A stretch of DNA of 64,000 bases from Candidatus Poribacteria bacterium (GTDB lineage: Bacteria > Poribacteria > WGA-4E > WGA-3G), in NCBI GenBank assembly GCA_963665235.2, contig CAXXLX010000002.1, positions 640,001-704,000 on the forward strand, written 5' to 3'. A program made the position numbers and the translations under genes. The notes below the pieces were generated by a model, which made no database searches, had not been told where the DNA came from, and worked only from the letters and a program-made list of their open reading frames with translations. Of this stretch, positions 1 through 9,060 are shown piece after piece. Each line of letters starts with the position of its first letter. The first letter of the stretch is position 1.

Positions 1-544
1 CTTCCGCACGGGTTGGTTCACGTTGGAGTTCTTGGCATAATGCCGCATACGTCGCGTCGAACTTATTCATCTTGGCAACGATGTACGCCGGTAATCGTAT
101 AGAACGGGCAAAGTTATCTAGCGTACGCATAATGGATTGCTTAATCCACCAGATAGCATACGTGCTAAACTTAAAACCCTTTCTGTAATCGAACTTGCTG
201 GCAGCCTTGATTAACCCGATATTTCCTTCTTGGATCAGGTCTTCGAGGGGGACGTTGTGTCCCTGATACCTAACCGCAATAGAAATGACGAGCCGCAAAT
301 TGGCTTGTACCAGTTGGTCGCGTGCTTCCATATCGCCGGTTTCAATCCGTTTGGCGAGCTCGACCTCCTCTTCGCGGGTTAGTAAGCGGTGTCCCGCAAC
401 ACTCCGGAGCCAACTCGTTAAAGCGCTTCTCTCGCTTCCTTGGTAGTTATCCGAATACTCCATTTCTTCGTCCGGATAAACGTCATCAATGTAAACATCC
501 ACGTTCTGGATATCTTCTGTTTCACCGAAAAACTCGGTTTCCAT
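1..544 (-). CDS. sigma70-family (RpoD/SigA-like) RNA polymerase sigma factor, 5' part; runs off the window
   Basis: Manual translation from ATG at 544 (AGGAG RBS upstream): METEFFGE...[15 protein letters not shown]...[13 protein letters not shown]...[52 protein letters not shown] (regions 1.2, 2 and start of 3). Missing from the ORF track. Confidence 0.93.
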   Translation of the reverse strand, partial: METEFFGETEDIQNVDVYIDDVYPDEEMEYSDNYQGSERSALTSWLRSVAGHRLLTREEEVELAKRIETGDMEARDQLVQANLRLVISIAVRYQGHNVPLEDLIQEGNIGLIKAASKFDYRKGFKFSTYAIWWIKQSIMRTLDNFARSIRLPAYIVAKMNKFDATYAALCQELQREPTRAE

Positions 545-601
545 TTTTCTCCTCTCCTTAAATATAGATTTTTTTCTACTAGAAACTTCTCAATAAATTA
601 T

Positions 602-630
602 AGAATACCTTATATTAGACGTTTTGTCAA
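602..630 (-). promoter_or_regulatory. sigma70-type promoter of the full-length sigma gene
   Basis: Minus strand TTGACA-N17-TATTCT. Confidence 0.6.
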
Positions 631-696
631 GCAAATTAGTGATATAAAATATCGAAATTCCGAATTTTTTACGAAAATCGGATAGAGCGGGCAAAA

Positions 697-1065
697 TTAA
701 TTATTAACCGTGCGTATAATGGATTGCTTAATCCACCAAGTAGCATACGTGCTAAACTTAAAACCCTTCCTATAATTGAACTTGCTGACTGCTTTGATTA
801 ACCCGATATTTCCTTCTTGGATCAGGTTTTCAAGGGGTACGTTGTGTCCCTGATACCTAACCGCAATAGAAATGACGAGCCGCAAATTGGCTTGTACCAG
901 TTGGTCGCGTGCTTCCATATCGCCGGTTTCAATCCGTTTGGCGAGTTCGACCTCTTCGTCGCGGGTTAGTAGGCGGTGTTCTGCAGCACTCCGGAGCCAA
1001 CTCTCATCGATGCAAGCATCCACATTTTGGGTATCTTCTGCTTCACCGAAAAACTCGGTTTCCAT
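697..1065 (-). CDS. truncated tandem paralog of the sigma factor (regions 1.2 and 2 only, 122 aa)
   Basis: Near-identical to 1-544, with an in-frame deletion of about 22 codons and a TAA right after region 2.4 ([13 protein letters not shown]); upstream region also duplicated. Confidence 0.8.
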   Translation of the reverse strand: METEFFGEAEDTQNVDACIDESWLRSAAEHRLLTRDEEVELAKRIETGDMEARDQLVQANLRLVISIAVRYQGHNVPLENLIQEGNIGLIKAVSKFNYRKGFKFSTYATWWIKQSIIRTVNN

Positions 1066-1122
1066 TTTTCGTCTCTCTTTAAGATATAGAATTTTTTCCA
1101 CTAGAAACTTTTCATAAATATT

Positions 1123-1152
1123 AGAATACCTTAATATTAAACGTTATGTCAA
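1123..1152 (-). promoter_or_regulatory. duplicated sigma70-type promoter of the truncated sigma copy
   Basis: Minus strand TTGACA-N18-TATTCT, paralogous to 602-630. Confidence 0.5.
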
Positions 1153-1523
1153 GCAAATTGTTTAAAAAAATAGTGAAATTCTGAAATTTTTTACGAAAAA
1201 ATGAAAAATTTCTTAAAAATTCGAACTTAAATAGCAGTTTGTAGTCTAAATTAGGTGAAAACATAAATCGAGGTGCCAAAACGGGCGGCTGGCAATTGGC
1301 AGATGGTGCTCAGCATCTCTTTTGGCTGAATAAACTTATTCGTGATGTCTTTCGTCTAAAAAGTCGTTTCAAAAATCGGGCCCTATCCTCAACCCGGTAC
1401 ATGTCTTTCTCGTCGGGAAAATCGCGAAAAATTCAAACGTCTAAAACCGTTAGATATTAAACTAATTGGCTTAATTTGCGTCAAAAAGCATTAGTTCATA
1501 AAAAAAATAGAAGGAGCTATCTT

Positions 1524-3383
1524 ATGTTGTACGGGCCATCCCCTAAAAAATCGCTCGTTGACGTGCTACGCGAGGCGGAACTCATTTCTGAGCAAGACCA
1601 CCATAAAATTTTGGAAGAAATTCTTGCAGGTTGGGCAGATAAACCTATCGAGGATGTTGAAGCGGAAGACTTAGCACTGTCCGACTCGGAAAAATATCGG
1701 CAAATCTTAGAAGAAGTTGAGAACACCGGCGCATCAGAGGAAAAGATTATGTCCGCGTATGTGTCCCCTCAGATGATTGAACTTGCCAAAAAGGGGCTTG
1801 AATTCGATGCGGCTATTATTCAATTGGTGGATTTAGAACCGGAGCCGGAGGCACTTGAAAAGGTGACAGCCAGCTTTGCTTATCGGAATAAAATTGTACC
1901 GCTACACCTCGAAGACAACGTCCTCTCTGTAGCAATCGCAGATGTCCGAGATGTGATGCTGGTTGACGAAATTGAGTATGTTACGGAGTGCAAGATTAAG
2001 CTATTCCTTGCGGATGCGGACGAAATTTCGGAGGCAATCGTCAGATTCTACGCTAGGGACGCAGCCGATTTGCTCAGCGCAGGTATTAAGGGCCCCATCG
2101 GTGCAGCGGCAACAGTTGAACGGGAAAAAATTGACGATTTCGGTATTACGGAGAAAGACCTTACACAAGATCCAACCGTTATCCAGGCTGTTAACCAGAT
2201 AATTATTGACGCTGTTCGCGCCGGGGCGAGTGATATTCATATTGAACCCTACCCCACCGAACTCAAAATCCGATTTCGAATTGATGGCGTTTTGGAAGAT
2301 CAGCCGCAACCCCCCGCATACCTCCAATCCGGTATTACCTCCCGTATCAAAATCATGGCAGGTATGGACGTAGCTGAACGCAGACGACCCCAAGATGGTA
2401 AAATTAACCGGGAAATTGGCAGTGTTGGAAACCGTCAAATTGACCTTCGGGTTTCAACCGTGCCAACTGTCGCTACCCAACATAGTGAAAGTGTCGTCCT
2501 CCGTATCCTCGACAGACAATCGATTGAGTTCGGACTAACAGAGCTCGGACTCACCGATGACAATCTGGAACTCTTTCACCGAATGATACGTAAACCGCAC
2601 GGTATCATTCTTGCAACGGGCCCCACCGGTAGTGGTAAAACTACGTCGCTCTACGCTTGTTTGAAGGAGATTAACACGCCGGAGGTCAAAATTATCACGC
2701 TTGAAGACCCGGTAGAATATGAATTAGAGGGGATTAACCAGATTCAGGTAAACCCCGATATTGAGTTTAGCTTTGCTGATGGACTTCGGCATATCCTACG
2801 ACAAGACCCGGATAAGGTGTTGGTCGGTGAAATTCGGGATTACGTGACGGCGGAAATGGCAATTCACACTGCCCTGACGGGACACCTCGTCTTTAGTACA
2901 TTGCACACAAATGATGCCCCAGGGGCTATCACACGGCTTATCGATATGAAGGTTGAACCGTATCTAGTTGCCTCCACGGTAGAGGGGATTATAGCACAAC
3001 GGCTCGTCCGACGGGTTTGCAAAATGTGTTGTGAAATGTACCACCCAACTGACCTGGAACTTGCAGGACTTTTCAGAAACAACGGTGTTGATTTACCGGC
3101 GGATCTGCTGATTCCGCGGGAAAACTCTGCGGGCTGTAAAGAGTGCCGAGGCGGATATAGAGGCAGAGTAGGGATTTTTGAAGTCATCTTTATGACAGAA
3201 GAGCTGCGCCGGATGTCACTCAAACACACCTCAACCAGCGAACTGCGCCGCCTCGCAATACAATTGGGAATGAAAAGTTTACGCGAAGATGGCTGGGAAA
3301 AGGTTACAAGCGGGTTGACAACAATCAGTGAGATAATTCGACTCACCCAAGAAGATGATGTCAATCTAATGACTGATAATTAA
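1524..3383 (+). CDS. gspE: type II secretion ATPase GspE/PilB family
   Basis: ASDIHIEP, Walker A GPTGSGKTT, LRQDPD..LVGEIRD, His box STLHTN, tetracysteine motif; AAGGAG before ATG 1524. Confidence 0.95.
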   Translation: MLYGPSPKKSLVDVLREAELISEQDHHKILEEILAGWADKPIEDVEAEDLALSDSEKYRQILEEVENTGASEEKIMSAYVSPQMIELAKKGLEFDAAIIQLVDLEPEPEALEKVTASFAYRNKIVPLHLEDNVLSVAIADVRDVMLVDEIEYVTECKIKLFLADADEISEAIVRFYARDAADLLSAGIKGPIGAAATVEREKIDDFGITEKDLTQDPTVIQAVNQIIIDAVRAGASDIHIEPYPTELKIRFRIDGVLEDQPQPPAYLQSGITSRIKIMAGMDVAERRRPQDGKINREIGSVGNRQIDLRVSTVPTVATQHSESVVLRILDRQSIEFGLTELGLTDDNLELFHRMIRKPHGIILATGPTGSGKTTSLYACLKEINTPEVKIITLEDPVEYELEGINQIQVNPDIEFSFADGLRHILRQDPDKVLVGEIRDYVTAEMAIHTALTGHLVFSTLHTNDAPGAITRLIDMKVEPYLVASTVEGIIAQRLVRRVCKMCCEMYHPTDLELAGLFRNNGVDLPADLLIPRENSAGCKECRGGYRGRVGIFEVIFMTEELRRMSLKHTSTSELRRLAIQLGMKSLREDGWEKVTSGLTTISEIIRLTQEDDVNLMTDN

Positions 3384-3457
3384 TGGTTTCCAATTACCGA
3401 TTGCTGTCGAACGCGCGGAAACCCGAAACCCTACGAAATTTAATTGGATAAAACACT

Positions 3458-4681
3458 ATGCCAAGATTTCAATATGAAGCACTCACGAGTACCGGAACGA
3501 CAGTCAACAATACCTTAGAGGCGGACTCGAGGGAGGAACTCGCAGCACGTTTGAAACAGATGGGATACTGGCCGACACAGATTGTGGAGGAAGGGGTTGC
3601 CATTGAAACCGAAGCAAAACGGTTGTTTCAATTCGGAACGCGGCGCGTCAAGCTAGCGGAGGTCGAATTCTTCACATATCAGCTAGCAGCATTGGTCGGT
3701 TCACACGTCCCGCTGCCTCGTGCCTTAGAGATTACATTAGAGCAGATTACGAACCCGGGTCTGCATCGTGTCATTTCACAGGTCAAACACGATGTGGAAC
3801 ACGGTGCCACGTTCAACGATGCCTTGAACCAGCATCCGAAAGTCTTTTCTGATCTCTATGTTAATATGGTGAGAGCCGGTGAAACTGGCGGGGTATTAGG
3901 CGAAGTTTTGGAACGTCTCGCTGATTTCGCTGAAAGACAACGGCTTCTCAAAAACCAGGTTGTTTCTGCACTGTTCTACCCGGCCATTCTGTTTGGGCTG
4001 ATGATAATGGCAGTCGCCGTCTTAATGATTTTTGTCATTCCTAAATTCACCGCCATGTTCCTTGAATTCGGACGGGACTTGCCTGCACCGACACAAATCT
4101 TAATCGGTATATCGGACGCATTTGCAGGTTTTTGGTGGTTAGGATTAGCCGTTGCTATTATCATCGGCGCGGCAACACGGCAATATCTGCGGACGGACGC
4201 AGGGAAGCTATGGCTTGATCGGTTAAAGCTTAAAATACCGATTGTCGGCCCAGTTTTCAGCACCTTTGCAATTGTGCGGTTCACGCGTACCATGGCGACT
4301 CTCCTAGAAAACGGGGTACGGATGCTCCCTGCCCTGCGCGTCGTCAAAGATACGGTGGGCAATAGGGTTTACAGCAATATCATCGCTGATGCTGAAACAG
4401 AGGTAGAGCAAGGTTCAACGCTTTCTCGCATACTCGGGCAGAGCGATGAGTTCCCAAAGCCTGTCACCCACATGATTGCGGTTGGTGAAGAATCGGGAGA
4501 ACCGGTTACCATGCTGTCAAAATTGTCTGAATACTACGACATGGAAATTAAGAAAAGCTTGGAACGGTTGACCAGTTCTATTAGTCCGTTAGTTATTTTG
4601 ATTATGGGCGTGCTTATCGGATTTATCGCTGTCGCTATGATTCTACCGCTGTTTGAGGCACAAAACGCATTGGGCGGTTAA
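3458..4681 (+). CDS. gspF: type II secretion inner-membrane platform GspF/PilC
   Basis: MVRAGETGG, ALFYPAIL, MIAVGEESG, three TM segments; follows gspE. Confidence 0.95.
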   Translation: MPRFQYEALTSTGTTVNNTLEADSREELAARLKQMGYWPTQIVEEGVAIETEAKRLFQFGTRRVKLAEVEFFTYQLAALVGSHVPLPRALEITLEQITNPGLHRVISQVKHDVEHGATFNDALNQHPKVFSDLYVNMVRAGETGGVLGEVLERLADFAERQRLLKNQVVSALFYPAILFGLMIMAVAVLMIFVIPKFTAMFLEFGRDLPAPTQILIGISDAFAGFWWLGLAVAIIIGAATRQYLRTDAGKLWLDRLKLKIPIVGPVFSTFAIVRFTRTMATLLENGVRMLPALRVVKDTVGNRVYSNIIADAETEVEQGSTLSRILGQSDEFPKPVTHMIAVGEESGEPVTMLSKLSEYYDMEIKKSLERLTSSISPLVILIMGVLIGFIAVAMILPLFEAQNALGG

Positions 4682-4826
4682 GCCTAAGGGCACATTCGTA
4701 AATTCAATTTTTTCTAAACTATCACAAGACATATTTGTCTAAAATAAATTGACACAAGTTTTGTTAATAGAGCAAAAAACATCAGGACACCGCGTTCTGC
4801 AAAATTTAAAAGGAGTTAACAACAAA

Positions 4827-5282
4827 ATGTTTAAACAGCTTGGAACAGACGAGTCAGGGTTAACCTTAATTGAATTGACAATTGTGATTGTTATCTTAGG
4901 CATTTTAGCAGCGTTCATCGCGCCGAGGGTAATAAACGCGCCGCAAAAAGCAAATGTCGCAAAAGCGGAAACGGAGATTGGCAGTCTTAAAATGGCACTT
5001 GAACTTTATGCCATCCAGGTCGGTGAATTTCCATCCACCGAACAGGGATTAGGGGCTTTGTGGGAGGCACCGAGTCCGGCTCCCCCCAATTGGGATGGAC
5101 CTTATGTTGATAGTCCAGAATTTTTAGACCCGTGGAATAGACCTTATGAGTATCGTTACCCGGGCACCCACACCGGTTATGACTATGACCTTTTCTCGTA
5201 TGGTAAGGATGGGAAGCTAGGGGGGACCGGTTTTGACAAAGACATCACCAATTGGCATCAAGAGACTGAAGCGAGTAATTAG
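4827..5282 (+). CDS. gspG: major pseudopilin GspG
   Basis: Prepilin motif G|LTLIEL, FPSTEQGLGAL, WDGPY, DPWNRPYEYRYPG, SYGKDG; AGGAG RBS. Confidence 0.95.
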   Translation: MFKQLGTDESGLTLIELTIVIVILGILAAFIAPRVINAPQKANVAKAETEIGSLKMALELYAIQVGEFPSTEQGLGALWEAPSPAPPNWDGPYVDSPEFLDPWNRPYEYRYPGTHTGYDYDLFSYGKDGKLGGTGFDKDITNWHQETEASN

Positions 5283-5286
5283 ACCT

Positions 5287-5964
5287 ATGCGTTTAGGTGT
5301 GAATAAATTAGGGCGATTGCGAAAGTTCTGGAGGGATAGTGTCTTTGGGACCGATGGCGGTTTCAGCATTATGGAGCTGTTGTTGGTTTTCACTATCATC
5401 GCCATTTTGTCGTCGCTGTCTATGCCAGCAATGCGGGGTGTCGCTGCCTCGCGCCGCTTGAAAAGTAGTGCGCGTGCAATAGCCGATACGTTCGCCTTTG
5501 CTCGCGACATGGCAATTACGGAGCGGACAGCGCATCTCGTGGTTTTTGATGTTGATGCGGGGCGATATTGGTTGGCTTCTAGTGAGAATTTTGATTTCCA
5601 GAATCCGCTCTCATCAGCAGGCAGTTCAGCGAGTGCAGCAACAGGTGCCGCTGCGTCTGCAAATGGGGGACAGGTTGCTTTAGCACGCGCTGGCGGCGTT
5701 ATGGGAATCCTACAACGGCTCGATCAGAGCATTACGTTATCGGCAATTGTCACAAACCGCAACGGCGTAAACACACAAGCTGATACTGGAGTGGCCTACG
5801 TCTATTTTTCACCACTTTCAACAGCCGAGGGGGCCACTGTCTATCTGCGAAACGTCAGGAACAAAATTATCGCTATCACTGTTGACGCGACGACCGGACG
5901 CACCCGCTTGCAGGACATACCCGCTGAACTGGCGACAACGCTAGGGTTGCAGAGCAAATCCTAG
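5287..5964 (+). CDS. gspH: minor pseudopilin GspH/FimT family
   Basis: G|FSIMELL prepilin motif, FAFARDMAI; operon position. Confidence 0.8.
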   Translation: MRLGVNKLGRLRKFWRDSVFGTDGGFSIMELLLVFTIIAILSSLSMPAMRGVAASRRLKSSARAIADTFAFARDMAITERTAHLVVFDVDAGRYWLASSENFDFQNPLSSAGSSASAATGAAASANGGQVALARAGGVMGILQRLDQSITLSAIVTNRNGVNTQADTGVAYVYFSPLSTAEGATVYLRNVRNKIIAITVDATTGRTRLQDIPAELATTLGLQSKS

Positions 5965-5975
5965 TCCAACGAAGT

Positions 5976-6386
5976 ATGACGAAACCTACATTTTCCCAGC
6001 GTGAAGCAGGATTCACTTTGGTTGAAATCCTTGTAACCTTAGCAATTATGGCAGCCATACTGCCAGCCCTCCTGATGGTCTTTAGGAATGCTGCTAGGAA
6101 CCAGGCACTCTCTGACAATCAGATGACAGCCCTCTACCTTCTCAAATTTCGGATGGCGGAAATTGAGAGGGATGGCTACCCTGAAGTTGGGGAAGCGAGC
6201 GGTGAATTTGGAGAAGGCTCTAACTATCAGTGGGAGTCTGTCGTGGAACCTGTGGAATCTGATATGTTTGATGGGCTCCGGCGACTTCGGGTGACTGTCA
6301 CCTGGCAACATTTAGGGAGACCGAAAGCAATTAGCATGTACAGTTACATGGCTGACCGGCAAATTCAGCAGGCTCAACCACAGTAG
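5976..6386 (+). CDS. gspI: minor pseudopilin GspI
   Basis: G|FTLVEIL, YQW...LRRLRVTVTW. Confidence 0.85.
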   Translation: MTKPTFSQREAGFTLVEILVTLAIMAAILPALLMVFRNAARNQALSDNQMTALYLLKFRMAEIERDGYPEVGEASGEFGEGSNYQWESVVEPVESDMFDGLRRLRVTVTWQHLGRPKAISMYSYMADRQIQQAQPQ

Positions 6387-6453
6387 GGCAGGCTTGTCCA
6401 ATTCCAATTTTTAGGTCGTATTTTGGATGTTCATTTAAGTCAGGTGACGAATT

Positions 6454-7359
6454 ATGAAGAATCGGATAAAAAAACGGGAGAGTGGTTTAACGCTCGTTGA
6501 AATGCTCACGGCTGTTAGCGTTCTCGTAATCATTGGCGGTACGACGTATGCTGTTTTCCGCTCTGCAATAGATGCCTACCAACGAACGCAATCCAAATTA
6601 ATTCGGGCGCAGCGCTGCCGGGTGGCTTTGGATTGGATAGCTACAGATTTAAGCCAGATGCAGGCGGATGCTGCTGACCCGATGTTGGCACTTTATTCGG
6701 AAGATAGACAATCCGCATCAGGTGATGCCGATATACTCAGTATCGTTACCCTAGTAAAAACGGAGCCAGACCCGTTTTTCGTCCAGCAGAATCCTGCAAG
6801 TGCAGCGGCCCCACTTTTAAGCGATGTCCGGCGCGTCGCCTATTTCGTCGCACCTGCCATGTCTATCGAAGAGAGCCAGAGCGGAGCAGGTCTACCCTCC
6901 CCTTATACAACGGAACCGCAGGGAGGACGGAATACTGACACGGAACCGGAAAGCCTTTCACTTTACCGAGTCATAACTACGGCACTTGACCCCGAATTGT
7001 TCGTCAGCTATTTGAGCGGCAACAGCACATTGCCCACCGAAGACGAAAACGGGGTGCCAATTTATACCGAGGTTACACCCCTTATTGATGGGATTCTCAA
7101 CTTCGATCTGAAATATACAGATGACGAAACAGTGTATGAATCCTGGATGGAAACAGAGTCATTTCCGCTTACCGTTCAAATCTTGATTAGTGTTTCCGGT
7201 GATGAAGATGGTGCGCAACCCACAACAGGAGTAGTACCAAGTACACCCTCGCAGGAGGAGACGTTTGTACCACCGAATGCATTGACACAATCAACTATGG
7301 TGTACCTCCCCGCAAGTGCAACTGCTAATGATAGTGGTGGCGGAGGTGCCCAGCAATGA
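6454..7359 (+). CDS. gspJ: minor pseudopilin GspJ
   Basis: G|LTLVEML prepilin motif; position between gspI and gspK. Confidence 0.8.
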   Translation: MKNRIKKRESGLTLVEMLTAVSVLVIIGGTTYAVFRSAIDAYQRTQSKLIRAQRCRVALDWIATDLSQMQADAADPMLALYSEDRQSASGDADILSIVTLVKTEPDPFFVQQNPASAAAPLLSDVRRVAYFVAPAMSIEESQSGAGLPSPYTTEPQGGRNTDTEPESLSLYRVITTALDPELFVSYLSGNSTLPTEDENGVPIYTEVTPLIDGILNFDLKYTDDETVYESWMETESFPLTVQILISVSGDEDGAQPTTGVVPSTPSQEETFVPPNALTQSTMVYLPASATANDSGGGGAQQ

Positions 7360-7420
7360 CCGCGCCGGAATGGCAGCGAGAGCGTTCGGACTTTTTCACA
7401 AAGAGATTGGAGATGTATTC

Positions 7421-9040
7421 ATGAAAGCCTTTCGTAAACTTATGTGGCGATACAGAGATATTTTGGGGAAGCGGAAATTGCAAAAATCCCCCGATACAGC
7501 CGCTCTCTTGGACGATACAGCGGGGTTATCGCTTGTGTCAACGCTTTGGATACTGACCATTCTCTCTGTTCTAGCGATGCAGCTGCTATATTCACTAGGG
7601 CTTGAGAATCGGGCACAGCGCAACTTTTTGGACAGAACGAAGTATCACTACGCTGCGAAATCTGGGTTTGAGTGGGGACTTACCCGATTGCGAATTGATG
7701 AAACCAATTTTGACTCGCTCGGGGAGCTGTGGGCTGAACCGATTCAGGAACAGATTGAAGATGGTGTTCTGGAAGGTAGGTCATTAATGTGTCAGGTAAC
7801 ACTTACAGATGAAGCCTCAAAAATCAATCTCAATACCGCCCCCGTGGAGCTCATCCGAAATTTAATATCGGCATTGGGGGTACAAGCGTCAGATGATGAG
7901 GATGCTGCTATTAGTGCAGATTTAGCAACGCTCATCGTTGAGGGCCGTCCGTACCGAACTGTCCGCGATGTGGCACGGGTTGAAGGCATGACGCAAGAAA
8001 TTTTGTACGGTATCGCTCCACAAACTGCTGCACCCGCTACACCGGGCGATGCTGAAAACGCACCGCCACAGACAGGGGTTCCCCAATTAGCAGCAACAGC
8101 GTCAACTGCAAGTGGGGGGCTTGTCAACCTAACGACTGTCTATTCTGTTGATGCGAATAGCGACAGCAATGGGCAGCAGCGGACTAATATTAACACGGCT
8201 GAAGCACAACAGCTCACGCAAATTCAGGGCAGAAATAATCAATCCGTTTTCTCCCAAGGCGAGGCGGACGCGCTTATTGCAAGCCGCCAATTTGATAACC
8301 TCTCTGACCTATTAGATGTTCAAGCCGTATCGGACGACGTTTTTGACAATATTTTTACCCAAATCACTGTGGAAGGGGGCGATGAGCAAGAGAACAACGA
8401 TGGCGGGCAAGGAAACGGAGAGGGTCGAGGAGAAAATGGTGGGAACCTCGAATTTAACCTCGAATTTGAGGAAACAGGCACTAATATCAATAGGGCTGAT
8501 GCGGACGCGCTTGCGGAGCTTGATGGCATTGATAACGGAATTGCCCAGCGGATTGTTGCACATCGCGAGGCAGAAGGCGACTTTGAAAACATTGATGCCA
8601 TTAAAGATGTTAAACTATTAACAGTGCAGGAATTCGTCGGTATTGTGGATAAAATAACAACGAAAGATGGACAAACCGTGGAGGGGTTAATTAACATAAA
8701 TACTGCCCCTGCGGAAGTCCTACAATTGTTGCCGGGGATGGATGGCACAAAGGCACAAGCCATTATAACCCGCCGCGAAGAGGAAAACCCGGATGCACAG
8801 GCGGCAGAGGAATCTCAAATTAAGGGCAATCCCTTCAGTGCGCTCTCACAAGTTTACGAGCTTGAAGAGATTGACGAGGAAACGTTCAAGCAAATTGCGG
8901 ACTGGATTACATATCGTTCACACGGGTATTATATTGAATCTTCAAGTATCGATCCGAATGGGAAAACCATTGCTACGTGCAGCGGCGTTGTTGTACGCAG
9001 CGGTGGGCAATTGGTAGTCCAATATTGGCGACAAGATTAA
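7421..9040 (+). CDS. gspK: minor pseudopilin GspK with multiple helix-hairpin-helix repeats
   Basis: G|LSLVSTLW (no Glu5), DSLGELWA, DEASKINLN, repeated NIN-T/R-A and L-x-G-I/M-D motifs. Confidence 0.85.
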   Translation: MKAFRKLMWRYRDILGKRKLQKSPDTAALLDDTAGLSLVSTLWILTILSVLAMQLLYSLGLENRAQRNFLDRTKYHYAAKSGFEWGLTRLRIDETNFDSLGELWAEPIQEQIEDGVLEGRSLMCQVTLTDEASKINLNTAPVELIRNLISALGVQASDDEDAAISADLATLIVEGRPYRTVRDVARVEGMTQEILYGIAPQTAAPATPGDAENAPPQTGVPQLAATASTASGGLVNLTTVYSVDANSDSNGQQRTNINTAEAQQLTQIQGRNNQSVFSQGEADALIASRQFDNLSDLLDVQAVSDDVFDNIFTQITVEGGDEQENNDGGQGNGEGRGENGGNLEFNLEFEETGTNINRADADALAELDGIDNGIAQRIVAHREAEGDFENIDAIKDVKLLTVQEFVGIVDKITTKDGQTVEGLININTAPAEVLQLLPGMDGTKAQAIITRREEENPDAQAAEESQIKGNPFSALSQVYELEEIDEETFKQIADWITYRSHGYYIESSSIDPNGKTIATCSGVVVRSGGQLVVQYWRQD

Positions 9041-9060
9041 TAACTAAACGAGGCTTTGAG

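Noticed and set aside
100-1065. Sigma duplication or the FGE-domain gene as a diversity-generating retroelement TR/VR pair
   Set aside because: No reverse transcriptase in the window, mismatches are not confined to adenines, and no second copy of the FGE C-terminus is present
1524-1800. c-di-GMP-binding MshEN motif in the GspE N-terminus
   Set aside because: The RLG-x-x-L signature is absent (KSLVDVL), so binding is not supported
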